24,002 bases of DNA from a virus (taxonomy: Duplodnaviria; Caudoviricetes): positions 1 through 24,002 of IMG/VR virus record IMGVR_UViG_3300025648_000085, one strand, 5' to 3'. The notes under the pieces were generated by a model. The model was given only the letters and a program-made list of their open reading frames with translations. It was not told the origin of the DNA and ran no database searches. Position 1 is the first letter of the stretch, and every line of letters starts with the position of its first letter. Of this stretch, positions 16,219 through 24,002 are shown piece by piece. The position numbers and the translations under genes were made by a program.

Positions 16219-16842
16219 TTAAGCCTCGGCTACTTTGTTTTTGCGTGTTTTTGGGGTCTTTTCCGCAACAGCCGCAAGTAGCGCTTCCATTTGTTCTTGC
16301 ATTTTGGATAGCTTCGCATCTGTTTCTGCTGTAATTTTAGCATTTTCTTGGCGTAATGCTTCTAATTCTTCTTGTCTTTGTGCTACTTCGGCAGAATCAG
16401 ACGCTAAATTCAAGAAAGCCTTAGCTTTTAAGCGAAAATTATGGGGTGACATACCAGCTACCATGCCAATTCTTTGCAGTTGTTGGTCAGAACAGTCAGC
16501 AATAGATTCAACTGTGTGGAATTTAAGTCCACGCAATTCTTCAGCTTGACTGCGAGTAATCTGAGGCCATTGTTCTAATGGTGTTCCAACAATGTTTTCA
16601 TGGTTTGCAACTTGATTCTGATAATGCGCCCATTGACGGGGAAAGCGTGCTTTGTGTGATTCTTGGGCATAAGTGTCAATTTCTGTCAGATTATCTCCAG
16701 GAATCATAATCCTTACAAAGTCGAATTCTTTAAAAATAGGTCTGCCAGCAGCATTTGATTCGTCATCTTGCTTTACTGACTTTTTATAGAACTGGACTGC
16801 TAGTCGTGCGTCTGCACCTTGAACATCGCTATCAATAGCCAT
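16219..16842 (-). CDS. Hypothetical protein with helix-hairpin-helix-like segment and coiled coil
   Basis: GTPLEQWPQI...ELRGLKFHTVESIADCSDQQLQRIG; C-terminal coiled coil. Confidence 0.6.
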   Translation of the reverse strand: MAIDSDVQGADARLAVQFYKKSVKQDDESNAAGRPIFKEFDFVRIMIPGDNLTEIDTYAQESHKARFPRQWAHYQNQVANHENIVGTPLEQWPQITRSQAEELRGLKFHTVESIADCSDQQLQRIGMVAGMSPHNFRLKAKAFLNLASDSAEVAQRQEELEALRQENAKITAETDAKLSKMQEQMEALLAAVAEKTPKTRKNKVAEA

Positions 16843-16875
16843 TTAATTCTCCTAAAGTGGTTTAGGTACTACAGT

Positions 16876-16917
16876 TAAAAGAAAAGGGACTCCCCTTGTG
16901 AGAGAGTCCCAGTTTTT
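16876..16917 (-). terminator. Intrinsic terminator after the capsid/decoration genes (possibly bidirectional)
   Basis: GGGACTC/GAGTCCC stem (16886-16910) with T runs on both strands. Confidence 0.75.
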
Positions 16918-16934
16918 ACTACATTATCTGTTGA

Positions 16935-17216
16935 TTAAACAGATGCAATAGAGAACCAGCCATAGTCACCAGAAGCCATAGAAGCTGCTGTGAAATATGA
17001 ACCAGCACCCAAAGTCGCTTGGAATGTTGAAGCATTTACTACAACGGTTGCTGAAGATGCTGCAATAGCTACACCTGCTTGACCGTAAACATAACGCTTA
17101 CCATCTGATGCAAATGTTTCTGCACCTAATGGGCCAAATGAAGGCAAACTGCCTGATGCTACTGTTTGAGGTGCTGTCAAATTAACACCTGCGATTGGAA
17201 GAACTGAATATGCCAT
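16935..17216 (-). CDS. Probable capsid decoration/cement protein
   Basis: 93 aa, Ala/Gly/Ser-rich, DGKRYVY and GDYGWF; directly after the MCP. Confidence 0.6.
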   Translation of the reverse strand: MAYSVLPIAGVNLTAPQTVASGSLPSFGPLGAETFASDGKRYVYGQAGVAIAASSATVVVNASTFQATLGAGSYFTAASMASGDYGWFSIASV

Positions 17217-17248
17217 GATATTTTCCTTAAATAATTAAATAGACTGTT

Positions 17249-17268
17249 AAAACAGGGGTTTCCCCCTA
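17249..17268 (-). terminator. Weak terminator/stabilising hairpin after the MCP gene
   Basis: TAGGGG-GAAA-CCCCTG-TTTT on the minus strand (GNRA loop). Confidence 0.55.
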
Positions 17269-17272
17269 TTTA

Positions 17273-18253
17273 TTAACTACCAGTCAACAAGCCTTGTAGG
17301 AAGCTGTTTGAAGTTGTAAGATTCCCGGCCCAGCCATACAATTTTACAATCGCATCCTGGTTGATAGCCTGACGCTCGCCACCGATAGGTACAAAGTTAC
17401 GCTCTTTATGTGGGCGTAGGAAGATGTAATTGGTGTTCAACATATACATATATGTAGCTGTTTCTTGAGCACCATAACCACCGCCTAATACCACATCAGC
17501 AGATGTACCACCACCGTAGAACTTCAATGAAGCAAAACCAGCAGCGCCTGATTCCTCAGAAGCGATACGCTGAATAGCTTGCAAAGCGCCTACATAGTAA
17601 CCATACAAAGTGTTACCAGCAACAATTAAGTCAGCCTTGTCTGTACCACGAATCTGCTTGATAGCAGCAGTAGTCATCGCAGCAAGGATGGTTGTTGAGG
17701 AAGTAGCACCAGTAGTGATTTGGTTCTGCCAGAATGTCCAAGTAGCACGGTTAATACCACCGTAAGTACCAGATGTAGGAGAAACTGCAACAGCAGCGCC
17801 CAAACCATCTAAGTTCTTACCACCGTTACCAGTACCATCACCGTACAAGTCACCAGAAATGCGGTTAAGCAAACGGGCTTCAGAAACTTGCATACGACCA
17901 TCTAACAAGTCGATGATTGCTTCTTTAGAACTGTTTTGCAACATTTCTAGACCAGACATTGTTACTGAGTCTGCGTACTGTGCAATTTTGAACTGAGCAG
18001 CAGAAATAGGGCTATCTGGAGCGATGTTCAATACTTCATATCCTGAATAGGAGTTTGCGTTGTTGGTTGACGCATCATCGTACATAATTTCTTGGAGGAT
18101 TACATTACCGCCTGAGAAAGGCTTAATGTTACCCTTTTGATTTAAACGAGTAAGAATTGCGTTGTTTTGTGTTAAGTTATCTGCCAAATCACCGCTACGA
18201 CTTTGAATAGTGGTAGCGATAATATCGGTGATTGCTGAGTTAGCAAATGCCAT
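17273..18253 (-). CDS. Major capsid protein
   Basis: 326 aa after the scaffold; SGGNVI, YSGYE.L, NSSKEAIIDLL, LYGDGTG..GK..DGL, YGGINR..W.FWQN. Confidence 0.85.
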   Translation of the reverse strand: MAFANSAITDIIATTIQSRSGDLADNLTQNNAILTRLNQKGNIKPFSGGNVILQEIMYDDASTNNANSYSGYEVLNIAPDSPISAAQFKIAQYADSVTMSGLEMLQNSSKEAIIDLLDGRMQVSEARLLNRISGDLYGDGTGNGGKNLDGLGAAVAVSPTSGTYGGINRATWTFWQNQITTGATSSTTILAAMTTAAIKQIRGTDKADLIVAGNTLYGYYVGALQAIQRIASEESGAAGFASLKFYGGGTSADVVLGGGYGAQETATYMYMLNTNYIFLRPHKERNFVPIGGERQAINQDAIVKLYGWAGNLTTSNSFLQGLLTGS

Positions 18254-18281
18254 GATTATTATCCTTAAAAATGTTAATTAG

Positions 18282-19331
18282 TTAAACCCTACGACTCATT
18301 GCTTCGCCTAATTGTTCGGCTATCATTGAGCGTCTATCCTTTTTATCGCCTGAGTCTGCCACTTTTCCACTAGGTGTAGTAGATTTCGGACTTACCGCAG
18401 CCGCCTTCGCTTTCTGTACTTGCTGCGCTTTGATTAACGCTTGTTTGGAATCCTTCAGGAGTCTGTCCTGTTCTAATGCCCAAACTTCATCATTCATACG
18501 CACAGCTTTCTTGTAAGCTGTTTCTAGGTCTTGGGCTTTCCCTAACTCAAGTAATTGAGCCATTTCTTCCCTTACCACATCAAAATGCGGAAACTTCTCC
18601 ACATCACTTCGTACTCTTTCAATTTCACCCATTAAGCGTTGATTTTCCTCTTGGGCAAACCGACCTTTAATAGATGAAACTTCCTGATTTACCTGATTTA
18701 ACTGGTACATCAGTTGTTGAGTGTATGGGTCAAGCTGTTGTGCTTGAACAACACTTTCACCATTTAATTGTATTCCATATTCTTGTGCAAGTCTTTGAAA
18801 AATTTGTACTTTCTGGTCATAAGGCGCATTTGTCAGAATTTGGTCAGCCCTAGCCAAGTTTTGAATGTACTGTACAGGCTTAATATTGCGTCTTTCTAAG
18901 TCAGGTACAAATGGCGCTACTGCCTGTTCATACTCTTTAGCCCTATCAGCTTCAGCTTTATAAGTAGAAACGCCTTTTTTATACTCTGATTCACGCTGAT
19001 TAGCATATTCAGCAAATTTAACAAAGTCATCCTTGTTAATTTGTTCGCCTTTTTCTAGCTTATCCCAGATATTGACATATTCTTTCTTCCAGGTTGAAGG
19101 GCGAGTTATCTTTTCCTGCGGTATCTCATCCTCAGCCTCAGACTCAGTAGCTTCAATGACTTCGGAAGGTTCTTCGTGGTCTGATTCGCTAACTTTCTCT
19201 TTAGCGGATTCTTCGGAAATATTGTCCGTTTCAGGCACTTCAATGTCTTTTTCGATAGGTGCTTCAAGAGTGCCTTCTTCTGCTGCTTCTAGTGCAGCTT
19301 CTAACATATCCCTACGGTCTAATTCTGCCAT
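18282..19331 (-). CDS. Capsid scaffolding protein
   Basis: Acidic disordered N-terminus, PSTWKKE, helical body, DLETAYKKA; immediately upstream of the MCP. Confidence 0.75.
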   Translation of the reverse strand: MAELDRRDMLEAALEAAEEGTLEAPIEKDIEVPETDNISEESAKEKVSESDHEEPSEVIEATESEAEDEIPQEKITRPSTWKKEYVNIWDKLEKGEQINKDDFVKFAEYANQRESEYKKGVSTYKAEADRAKEYEQAVAPFVPDLERRNIKPVQYIQNLARADQILTNAPYDQKVQIFQRLAQEYGIQLNGESVVQAQQLDPYTQQLMYQLNQVNQEVSSIKGRFAQEENQRLMGEIERVRSDVEKFPHFDVVREEMAQLLELGKAQDLETAYKKAVRMNDEVWALEQDRLLKDSKQALIKAQQVQKAKAAAVSPKSTTPSGKVADSGDKKDRRSMIAEQLGEAMSRRV

Positions 19332-19339
19332 GATTTTTC

Positions 19340-19711
19340 CTAGTATTTAAGTTTTTCGTATGCTATTTCAGCTATTTGACGCTTTCGTGCTTCTTGGGAC
19401 TTTTTACTAATTTCTACGGCTTTTCTTTCCATAGGTACATCGTTGCCTAATTCAATACAATGGTTGCGTTTTAGGTTCTCTCTATGCTTAGAACGACTTG
19501 AAATCCATGTGCCATCTGCCATGCTAATGTGGCCTTGAATATCAGACATCACCATGTGGGTAGTCTGTCTAGGGGCATTTTGCTTCTCTAACCATGACTT
19601 TTTAGCTTCTTCGAGTCCCAAAGTGGGAGTCCATATTTCCATGAAATAATCTTCATCGCTAAGTTTTGCAACATGATTTCCTTCTTCATATCCGCAATTT
19701 GGGCATTTCAT
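19340..19711 (-). CDS. Hypothetical head-module protein (start revised to 19711)
   Basis: AAGGAG RBS before MKCPNCG; SMADGTWISSRSKHRENLK.N.CIELGND. Confidence 0.65.
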   Translation of the reverse strand: MKCPNCGYEEGNHVAKLSDEDYFMEIWTPTLGLEEAKKSWLEKQNAPRQTTHMVMSDIQGHISMADGTWISSRSKHRENLKRNHCIELGNDVPMERKAVEISKKSQEARKRQIAEIAYEKLKY

Positions 19712-19778
19712 TACATTCTCCTTATTTATGTCTAGAAAAACTGCCATAATTGGTGTAAATAATCTTTTGTAATCATTT

Positions 19779-20681
19779 TTACATTCGCTTTATAAGTTCA
19801 GGGATTTGGTCATATTCGTGGGGTCTTAAAGCAACTACAGAATCGTACCATCTGCCATTCTTCCAACGCCAGCAGACAAATTCTTCTTTAGGTAACAAAA
19901 CAATGGTTTTAATGCCCAATGCGCCTGCAAGATGGGCTGTTCCTGTATCAACTGTAACAATGCCTTTACACGCTTTCATGTGGCTTGCAGACTTATTCCA
20001 GTCTGTTTTCCAACCATCGTCAGGTAAAGAGTTAAATACACCATCAGTTTTAGGGTTTAAGCTGTAGCAATCGCTTCCTACGAGCTTTTCCATCTCACGC
20101 ATATCTATAGACTTGATGTAGTACAAAATCTGCTTAGAAGCCTCCCAATTCACTCCAATCTTGGGTGGAATATTGCTAGGAATAGCGTGTAAATAACCTT
20201 CAGAACCTACTATTTTCTTAGTAGTAACAGGAAATAGATTTTTAGCAATAGGATGCGAAACAGACAAATAATAGGGTAAAGACATTAAGCCAATCCAATA
20301 ATCTGACTCTGTTGCTACACCTATATCGACTTCATTTGTAAAGACATCTACAGCGTCTATTTGACCTAATAAGTAATGAAGTGAGCCTTCTTGTAGGACT
20401 ACGACCTTTTTAGCGCCCAATACCTTTAATGCAGGCAAGAATCTAGCAAACATAATAATGTCACCAAAGCCTTGTTCTACCTGTACAGTAATGGTTTTCC
20501 CTAATAAAGATTGACCTTCCCATACTGGGATTTTTAGCGCAGGTCTAGTAGGTGAGGGTTCATTTTTAATGATGTCCTCATGCCAGCGATATTCGTATAA
20601 CTTAAAACCTTGTTCATATCTGCCAGCGTGTAAGTGTTTAGAGGCTAGGCTAAATTGCTCTTGGGGGTTTACAGTAGTAAT
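19779..20681 (-). CDS. GT-B glycosyltransferase (GT9/heptosyltransferase-like, TPR-associated type); true start uncertain
   Basis: Frame open from 20693; GRYEQGFKLYEYRW, PVWEGQSLLGKTI, EQGFGDIIMFARF, LMSLP, IGVNW, IVTVDTGTAHLAGALG, WRW, WYDSV. Confidence 0.8.
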   Translation of the reverse strand: MTTVNPQEQFSLASKHLHAGRYEQGFKLYEYRWHEDIIKNEPSPTRPALKIPVWEGQSLLGKTITVQVEQGFGDIIMFARFLPALKVLGAKKVVVLQEGSLHYLLGQIDAVDVFTNEVDIGVATESDYWIGLMSLPYYLSVSHPIAKNLFPVTTKKIVGSEGYLHAIPSNIPPKIGVNWEASKQILYYIKSIDMREMEKLVGSDCYSLNPKTDGVFNSLPDDGWKTDWNKSASHMKACKGIVTVDTGTAHLAGALGIKTIVLLPKEEFVCWRWKNGRWYDSVVALRPHEYDQIPELIKRM

Positions 20682-21142
20682 AGTATGGCTTCCTCATCGT
20701 CTAGTTCTGCTTGTCGTTTGGCTTCGAGTATTGCAATCTCCTGCTCTAAGCGGAGTTTTGCTTCTCTCATTGCTACTGCGGTTTGCAGGTCTTGTTGCTG
20801 TCTAACAAGATTAGCGATGTATCGGTCAATATTTGCTAGGTTTGACGGTATATCAACGCTAACTTCTTGATTGGATTGTACTTTATTTTGTTGTATTGGC
20901 GCAACTGGTTTAGGGTCAACTAAATCAGCAATAGTTTGCTTACGATTTTTTGCATCTGCTTTAAGTGCTTCAATGCGTTTTTCTTCAGCTTTTCTACGCT
21001 TTTTATCTAATGCTTTGTAGCGCTTCCATTCTTCTGGTGTCCAACCATCACCACCTGTAGGGCCAGAAGGCGTAGGTGGAGTGATAACAATCTGAAATGC
21101 GTTATTTTGAAACGCAGTAGGTTGAAAAGCAGTTTGAAACAT
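20669..21142 (-). CDS. Hypothetical virion-module protein
   Basis: AFQ repeats at the N-terminus, coiled coil, C-terminal DDEEAILLLL; TAATG coupling. Confidence 0.7.
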   Translation of the reverse strand: MFQTAFQPTAFQNNAFQIVITPPTPSGPTGGDGWTPEEWKRYKALDKKRRKAEEKRIEALKADAKNRKQTIADLVDPKPVAPIQQNKVQSNQEVSVDIPSNLANIDRYIANLVRQQQDLQTAVAMREAKLRLEQEIAILEAKRQAELDDEEAILLLL

Positions 21143-22092
21143 TAGGCCGTGTAACTACCGCTAGAAGTAAACGACAATATAGTGTTGCTACCTGAAGTAG
21201 TAACTGTAGGGCTTCCAGTAGTTGTGCCTGAATATGAAGCCGTTGGGACAGAAACAATAACAATACCTGAACCGCCTGCTCCTGATGTAAATCCACCTGA
21301 ATCATTTACATCTCGAACGCCACCACCACCACCACCTGTGTTTGCAGTTCCGCTTGTTGCTGGGGTAAATCCTTGAGAATTTCCAGCACCACCACCACCA
21401 GTACCACCTGCACCATTTGATGTGTTGCCACCACCACCACCACCGCCAGCGTAATAAACTGATGAGCCAGTAATAGTAGAAATTGCCCCTATACCACCAT
21501 TACCGCCAGTATTTCCTGAATCTGCACCACCAACAGCACCTGCTCCACCGCCACCTGCGCCATTTGCATTTCCTGAGTTATTGCCACCAGCGTATCCTTG
21601 TCCAGTAGTTCCTGAACCACCTGTGCCGCCATTATATGAACCGCCACCACCTGAACCGCCTGATTTTGCGGCAAGCCCGCTATATGCTCCGCCACCACCA
21701 CCGCCAATAGCAGTTTGACTAAAAGCACTTGAATTTGAACCACTATTTCCAGCTACACCTGCTCCACCAGAATCAGTAACAGCCGCACCACCAGCCCCTA
21801 CTGTAATTGTATAAGCTGTTCCAACAGAAAGCGTTGTTGAACCAGTAAGAAGTCCACCACCGCCACCACCAGCACCAACTCTAGCACCACCAGCGCCACC
21901 GCCAGCAACTATTAAATAAGATGCTGAATAAGTTTGACTAGTAATGCCAGTCCAAGCTACTCCTGACCATATTTCAGCTTGATTTAATGTGGTGTTATAA
22001 CCAAATTGCCCCAGCGCAGGACTTGACGGCCTACCAGCAGTAGTCCATTGTGCAGGAGCAATACTTCGTGTGCCGTCAATAATTACAGTCAT
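21142..22092 (-). CDS. Glycine-rich adhesin/tail-associated protein (paralogue 1)
   Basis: WTTAGRP...GYNTT N-domain; YLIVAGGG...GGGGG repeats; GGSGIVIV...FTSSGSYTA. Confidence 0.7.
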   Translation of the reverse strand: MTVIIDGTRSIAPAQWTTAGRPSSPALGQFGYNTTLNQAEIWSGVAWTGITSQTYSASYLIVAGGGAGGARVGAGGGGGGLLTGSTTLSVGTAYTITVGAGGAAVTDSGGAGVAGNSGSNSSAFSQTAIGGGGGGAYSGLAAKSGGSGGGGSYNGGTGGSGTTGQGYAGGNNSGNANGAGGGGAGAVGGADSGNTGGNGGIGAISTITGSSVYYAGGGGGGGNTSNGAGGTGGGGAGNSQGFTPATSGTANTGGGGGGVRDVNDSGGFTSGAGGSGIVIVSVPTASYSGTTTGSPTVTTSGSNTILSFTSSGSYTA

Positions 22093-22439
22093 TACACTAC
22101 CTCAACCCAAGAAGTTGTTGGCTCATCCCATTTGTATGCTTTGCCATCTTCAGGCATGGGTGTTGGTGCTTCCCAAGTCCAAGTGTCTTTATTTAAAGTC
22201 CAACTTGCAAAAGGTTGTGGCGCATAAAACACATCATTAGCTTGGTCGTATGTGTAACCTACACCAGCATAGTTGCCACGCAAAGGTGTGCCACCCAATA
22301 AGTGCTTGCCACCTATTGTGTTGTAGCTAGTTTGCAGCCAAGTGCCAGGACTTGAATCTACGAATGTTGTAAAAAAGTCAGGTTCAGCAACGATTACTTG
22401 CGTTACTTTACCATCTACTACTTTTGCAAAATGTCCCAT
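22092..22439 (-). CDS. Conserved partner protein of glycine-rich adhesins (start revised to 22439)
   Basis: MGHFAKV...QTSYNT...LRGNYAGVGYTYD...PQPFASW...WDE. Confidence 0.65.
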   Translation of the reverse strand: MGHFAKVVDGKVTQVIVAEPDFFTTFVDSSPGTWLQTSYNTIGGKHLLGGTPLRGNYAGVGYTYDQANDVFYAPQPFASWTLNKDTWTWEAPTPMPEDGKAYKWDEPTTSWVEVV

Positions 22440-22441
22440 AA

Positions 22442-22756
22442 TTAACCTACCATCCAAGTTGTTCCATTGTCATAAACTGGCACAGTAATAGCGCCACCAC
22501 CAACTACTGCTGTTAAAGCAACAGGCGTTAAAGCATTAGAAACAAATGCCCTTCTTCCTGCTGTTCCTGCTGCTGGTAAAGTTGATACTGTATAAACAGG
22601 CATTTTTACCCAACCAGCAAATGTAGAATTTTGGCTTGTATCAATAGTTAATGCAGTTGTAGTGCCATTAGTTTGCACTACCAACTGACCTGATGTATCA
22701 GGATTTACGCTAAACGCTGTTCCGCTAGTTGTTCCTGCTGAAATTATGGTACTCAT
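22442..22756 (-). CDS. Small tail-associated protein
   Basis: DTSGQL..QTNGTTTALTID; YTVSTLPAAG..GRRAFV; VPVYDNGTTW. Confidence 0.6.
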   Translation of the reverse strand: MSTIISAGTTSGTAFSVNPDTSGQLVVQTNGTTTALTIDTSQNSTFAGWVKMPVYTVSTLPAAGTAGRRAFVSNALTPVALTAVVGGGAITVPVYDNGTTWMVG

Positions 22757-23652
22757 GCTGTGTAGCTTCCTGATGAGGTAAATTTAATTACTGTATTAGA
22801 ACCACTTGTAGTCACAATTGGACTACCTGTAGTTGTGCCTGAATAATTAGATGTTGGAACAGAAATAATAACTACTCCTGAACCTCCAGCACCACCAGCA
22901 TAACCAGTTGACCCATTTCCAAAGCCACCACCACCACCACCACCTGTGTTGGCTGTTCCTGCTGTACCTGCTCCTGAATTAGAGCCTGCTCCACCACCGC
23001 CATTTCCACCTGCGCCAGCAGTTCCACCAGTATATGTTCCGCCACCACCACCGCCTGCATAAGTTACTGATGAGCCAGTAATTGACGATGCTGTTCCGTT
23101 TCCTCCAGCTCCACCAGTAGTGTTTGTTCCATTAGCACCTACAGCACTAGAGCCACCTCCACCACCACCACCATAATTAGGGCTTGAAGAGCTTCCAGTT
23201 CCTCCAGAATTTCCTTGGCCGTTAGTTCCTGAGCCACTTGCCGCTTCAGCTCCACCACCGCCTGAACCGCCTGACAAACCAGCGTTTACATATCCTCCCC
23301 CTCCGCCACCACCTAAAGAAGAAAAACCAAAAACACTTGAATTTGAACCTGTAACGCCAAAATTTGGCGCAAGTGCTCCAGTTGCTCCAGCTCCACCAGC
23401 ACCAACAGTAACTGAATAAGTATTTCCTAAAGTTAAAGTATTAGTTCCAGTTAAATATCCGCCTGCTCCGCCTCCACCAGCATCAGAAGAGCCACCACCG
23501 CCTCCACCCCCAACAATTAAATAAGATGCTGAATATCCAACAATCATATTTCCAGTAACAGCGGGAATAGTAATAGTATTTGTTCCAGCTACGGCTGGTA
23601 CTGCTAGAGTAATAGCGCCACTTGTATCACCTGATATAACGACTGAACTCAT
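22753..23652 (-). CDS. Glycine-rich adhesin/tail-associated protein (paralogue 2; start revised to 23652)
   Basis: MSSVVISGDTSGAITL..PAVAG..TITIP N-domain; same Gly-rich domain and C-terminus as 21142..22092. Confidence 0.7.
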   Translation of the reverse strand: MSSVVISGDTSGAITLAVPAVAGTNTITIPAVTGNMIVGYSASYLIVGGGGGGGSSDAGGGGAGGYLTGTNTLTLGNTYSVTVGAGGAGATGALAPNFGVTGSNSSVFGFSSLGGGGGGGYVNAGLSGGSGGGGAEAASGSGTNGQGNSGGTGSSSSPNYGGGGGGGSSAVGANGTNTTGGAGGNGTASSITGSSVTYAGGGGGGTYTGGTAGAGGNGGGGAGSNSGAGTAGTANTGGGGGGGFGNGSTGYAGGAGGSGVVIISVPTSNYSGTTTGSPIVTTSGSNTVIKFTSSGSYTA

Positions 23653-24002
23653 TAAATTACCACCCATCTTGAGCCTGACGGCACGGTTACAGACTGCCCT
23701 GAAGCTACTGTTACAGGGCCTACGGACATTGCATTATAGCCACTTGTAATAGAAAAACTTGCGCCAATCGAGGCGTTTGACTGCAATATGCCATTGCTTG
23801 CAGATAAGTTTGGAGCAGTTAATGTTGAGTTAGCATAAGTAAAGCTAGATGAAGCACCAAAAGCACCAGCATTGTTGTATTGCACTTGAGTTGTAGAACC
23901 AGCAGGAGTAGCCGCTACTGTTGCCCAAGTACCATCACCACGCAAATAAGTCGCAGAAGATGGAGTTCCTGTAACAATACCCACAGCAGTTGCGGCTACT
24001 CC
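23652..24002 (-). CDS. Tail fibre-like protein, 5' truncated by the window edge
   Basis: Frame open to 24002; TYLRGDGTW, GSTTQVQYNNAGAFG, NAMSVGPVTV..G.SVTVPSGSRWVVI. Confidence 0.65.
   Translation of the reverse strand, partial: GVAATAVGIVTGTPSSATYLRGDGTWATVAATPAGSTTQVQYNNAGAFGASSSFTYANSTLTAPNLSASNGILQSNASIGASFSITSGYNAMSVGPVTVASGQSVTVPSGSRWVVI

Noticed and set aside
5964-23060. Alternative-frame ORFs in the late region (5964..6206, 10637..10849, 11832..12164, 11954..12139, 16235..16549, 18476..18670, 19033..19350, 20569..20805, 20655..20870, 21102..21305, 21182..21376, 21489..21743, 22872..23060)
   Set aside because: Explained by codon bias of the overlapping real genes (e.g. Gly runs read as Val or Pro runs)
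21459-23074. CTGATGAG hammerhead-core matches at 21459, 22770 and 23067
   Set aside because: They are the antisense of Ser-Ser codons in coding genes; no flanking stems or GAAA partner
21142-23652. (CCA)n tracts as tandem repeats, or paralogues as a DGR template/variable pair
   Set aside because: The tracts are poly-Gly codons; both copies are full coding genes, differences are not adenine-specific and no reverse transcriptase is present in the window
1-24002. Stop-codon reassignment
   Set aside because: Genes are full length and tightly coupled under the standard code, with TAA, TGA and TAG all used as stops

Overview
24 kb segment of a tailed dsDNA bacteriophage with podovirus-like (P22/T7-type tail and ejection genes) architecture, read in the standard genetic code. 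The embedded spanin pair implies a Gram-negative host. Left part (1-5881): a Cro/YdaS-like regulator on a back-to-back promoter with no divergent CI gene, an ERF/SSB-like/PD-(D/E)XK recombination operon, a FkbM methyltransferase, small translationally coupled accessory genes and an HNH-AP2 endonuclease. Right part (5878-24002, all minus strand): two glycine-rich adhesin-like paralogues, a glycosyltransferase, scaffold, major capsid, decoration, adaptor and tail proteins, four probable ejection proteins, a tail fibre with chaperone, and a lysis cassette (holin, Rz/Rz1, GH108 endolysin). Terminase, portal, integrase and a replication initiator are not visible in the window. The most notable unexplained elements are: (i) a ~180-nt five-hairpin candidate ncRNA with possible pseudoknot just downstream of cro, next to an AT-rich origin-like tract; (ii) a ~110-nt candidate sRNA that displays anti-Shine-Dalgarno loops and a sarcin-ricin/loop-E motif; (iii) a glycosyltransferase whose conserved N-terminal ~75 codons have no ATG/GTG/TTG start; (iv) 22-nt gene-end repeats that delimit accessory gene cassettes. 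All protein calls are from motif recognition by eye and no database searches were run.
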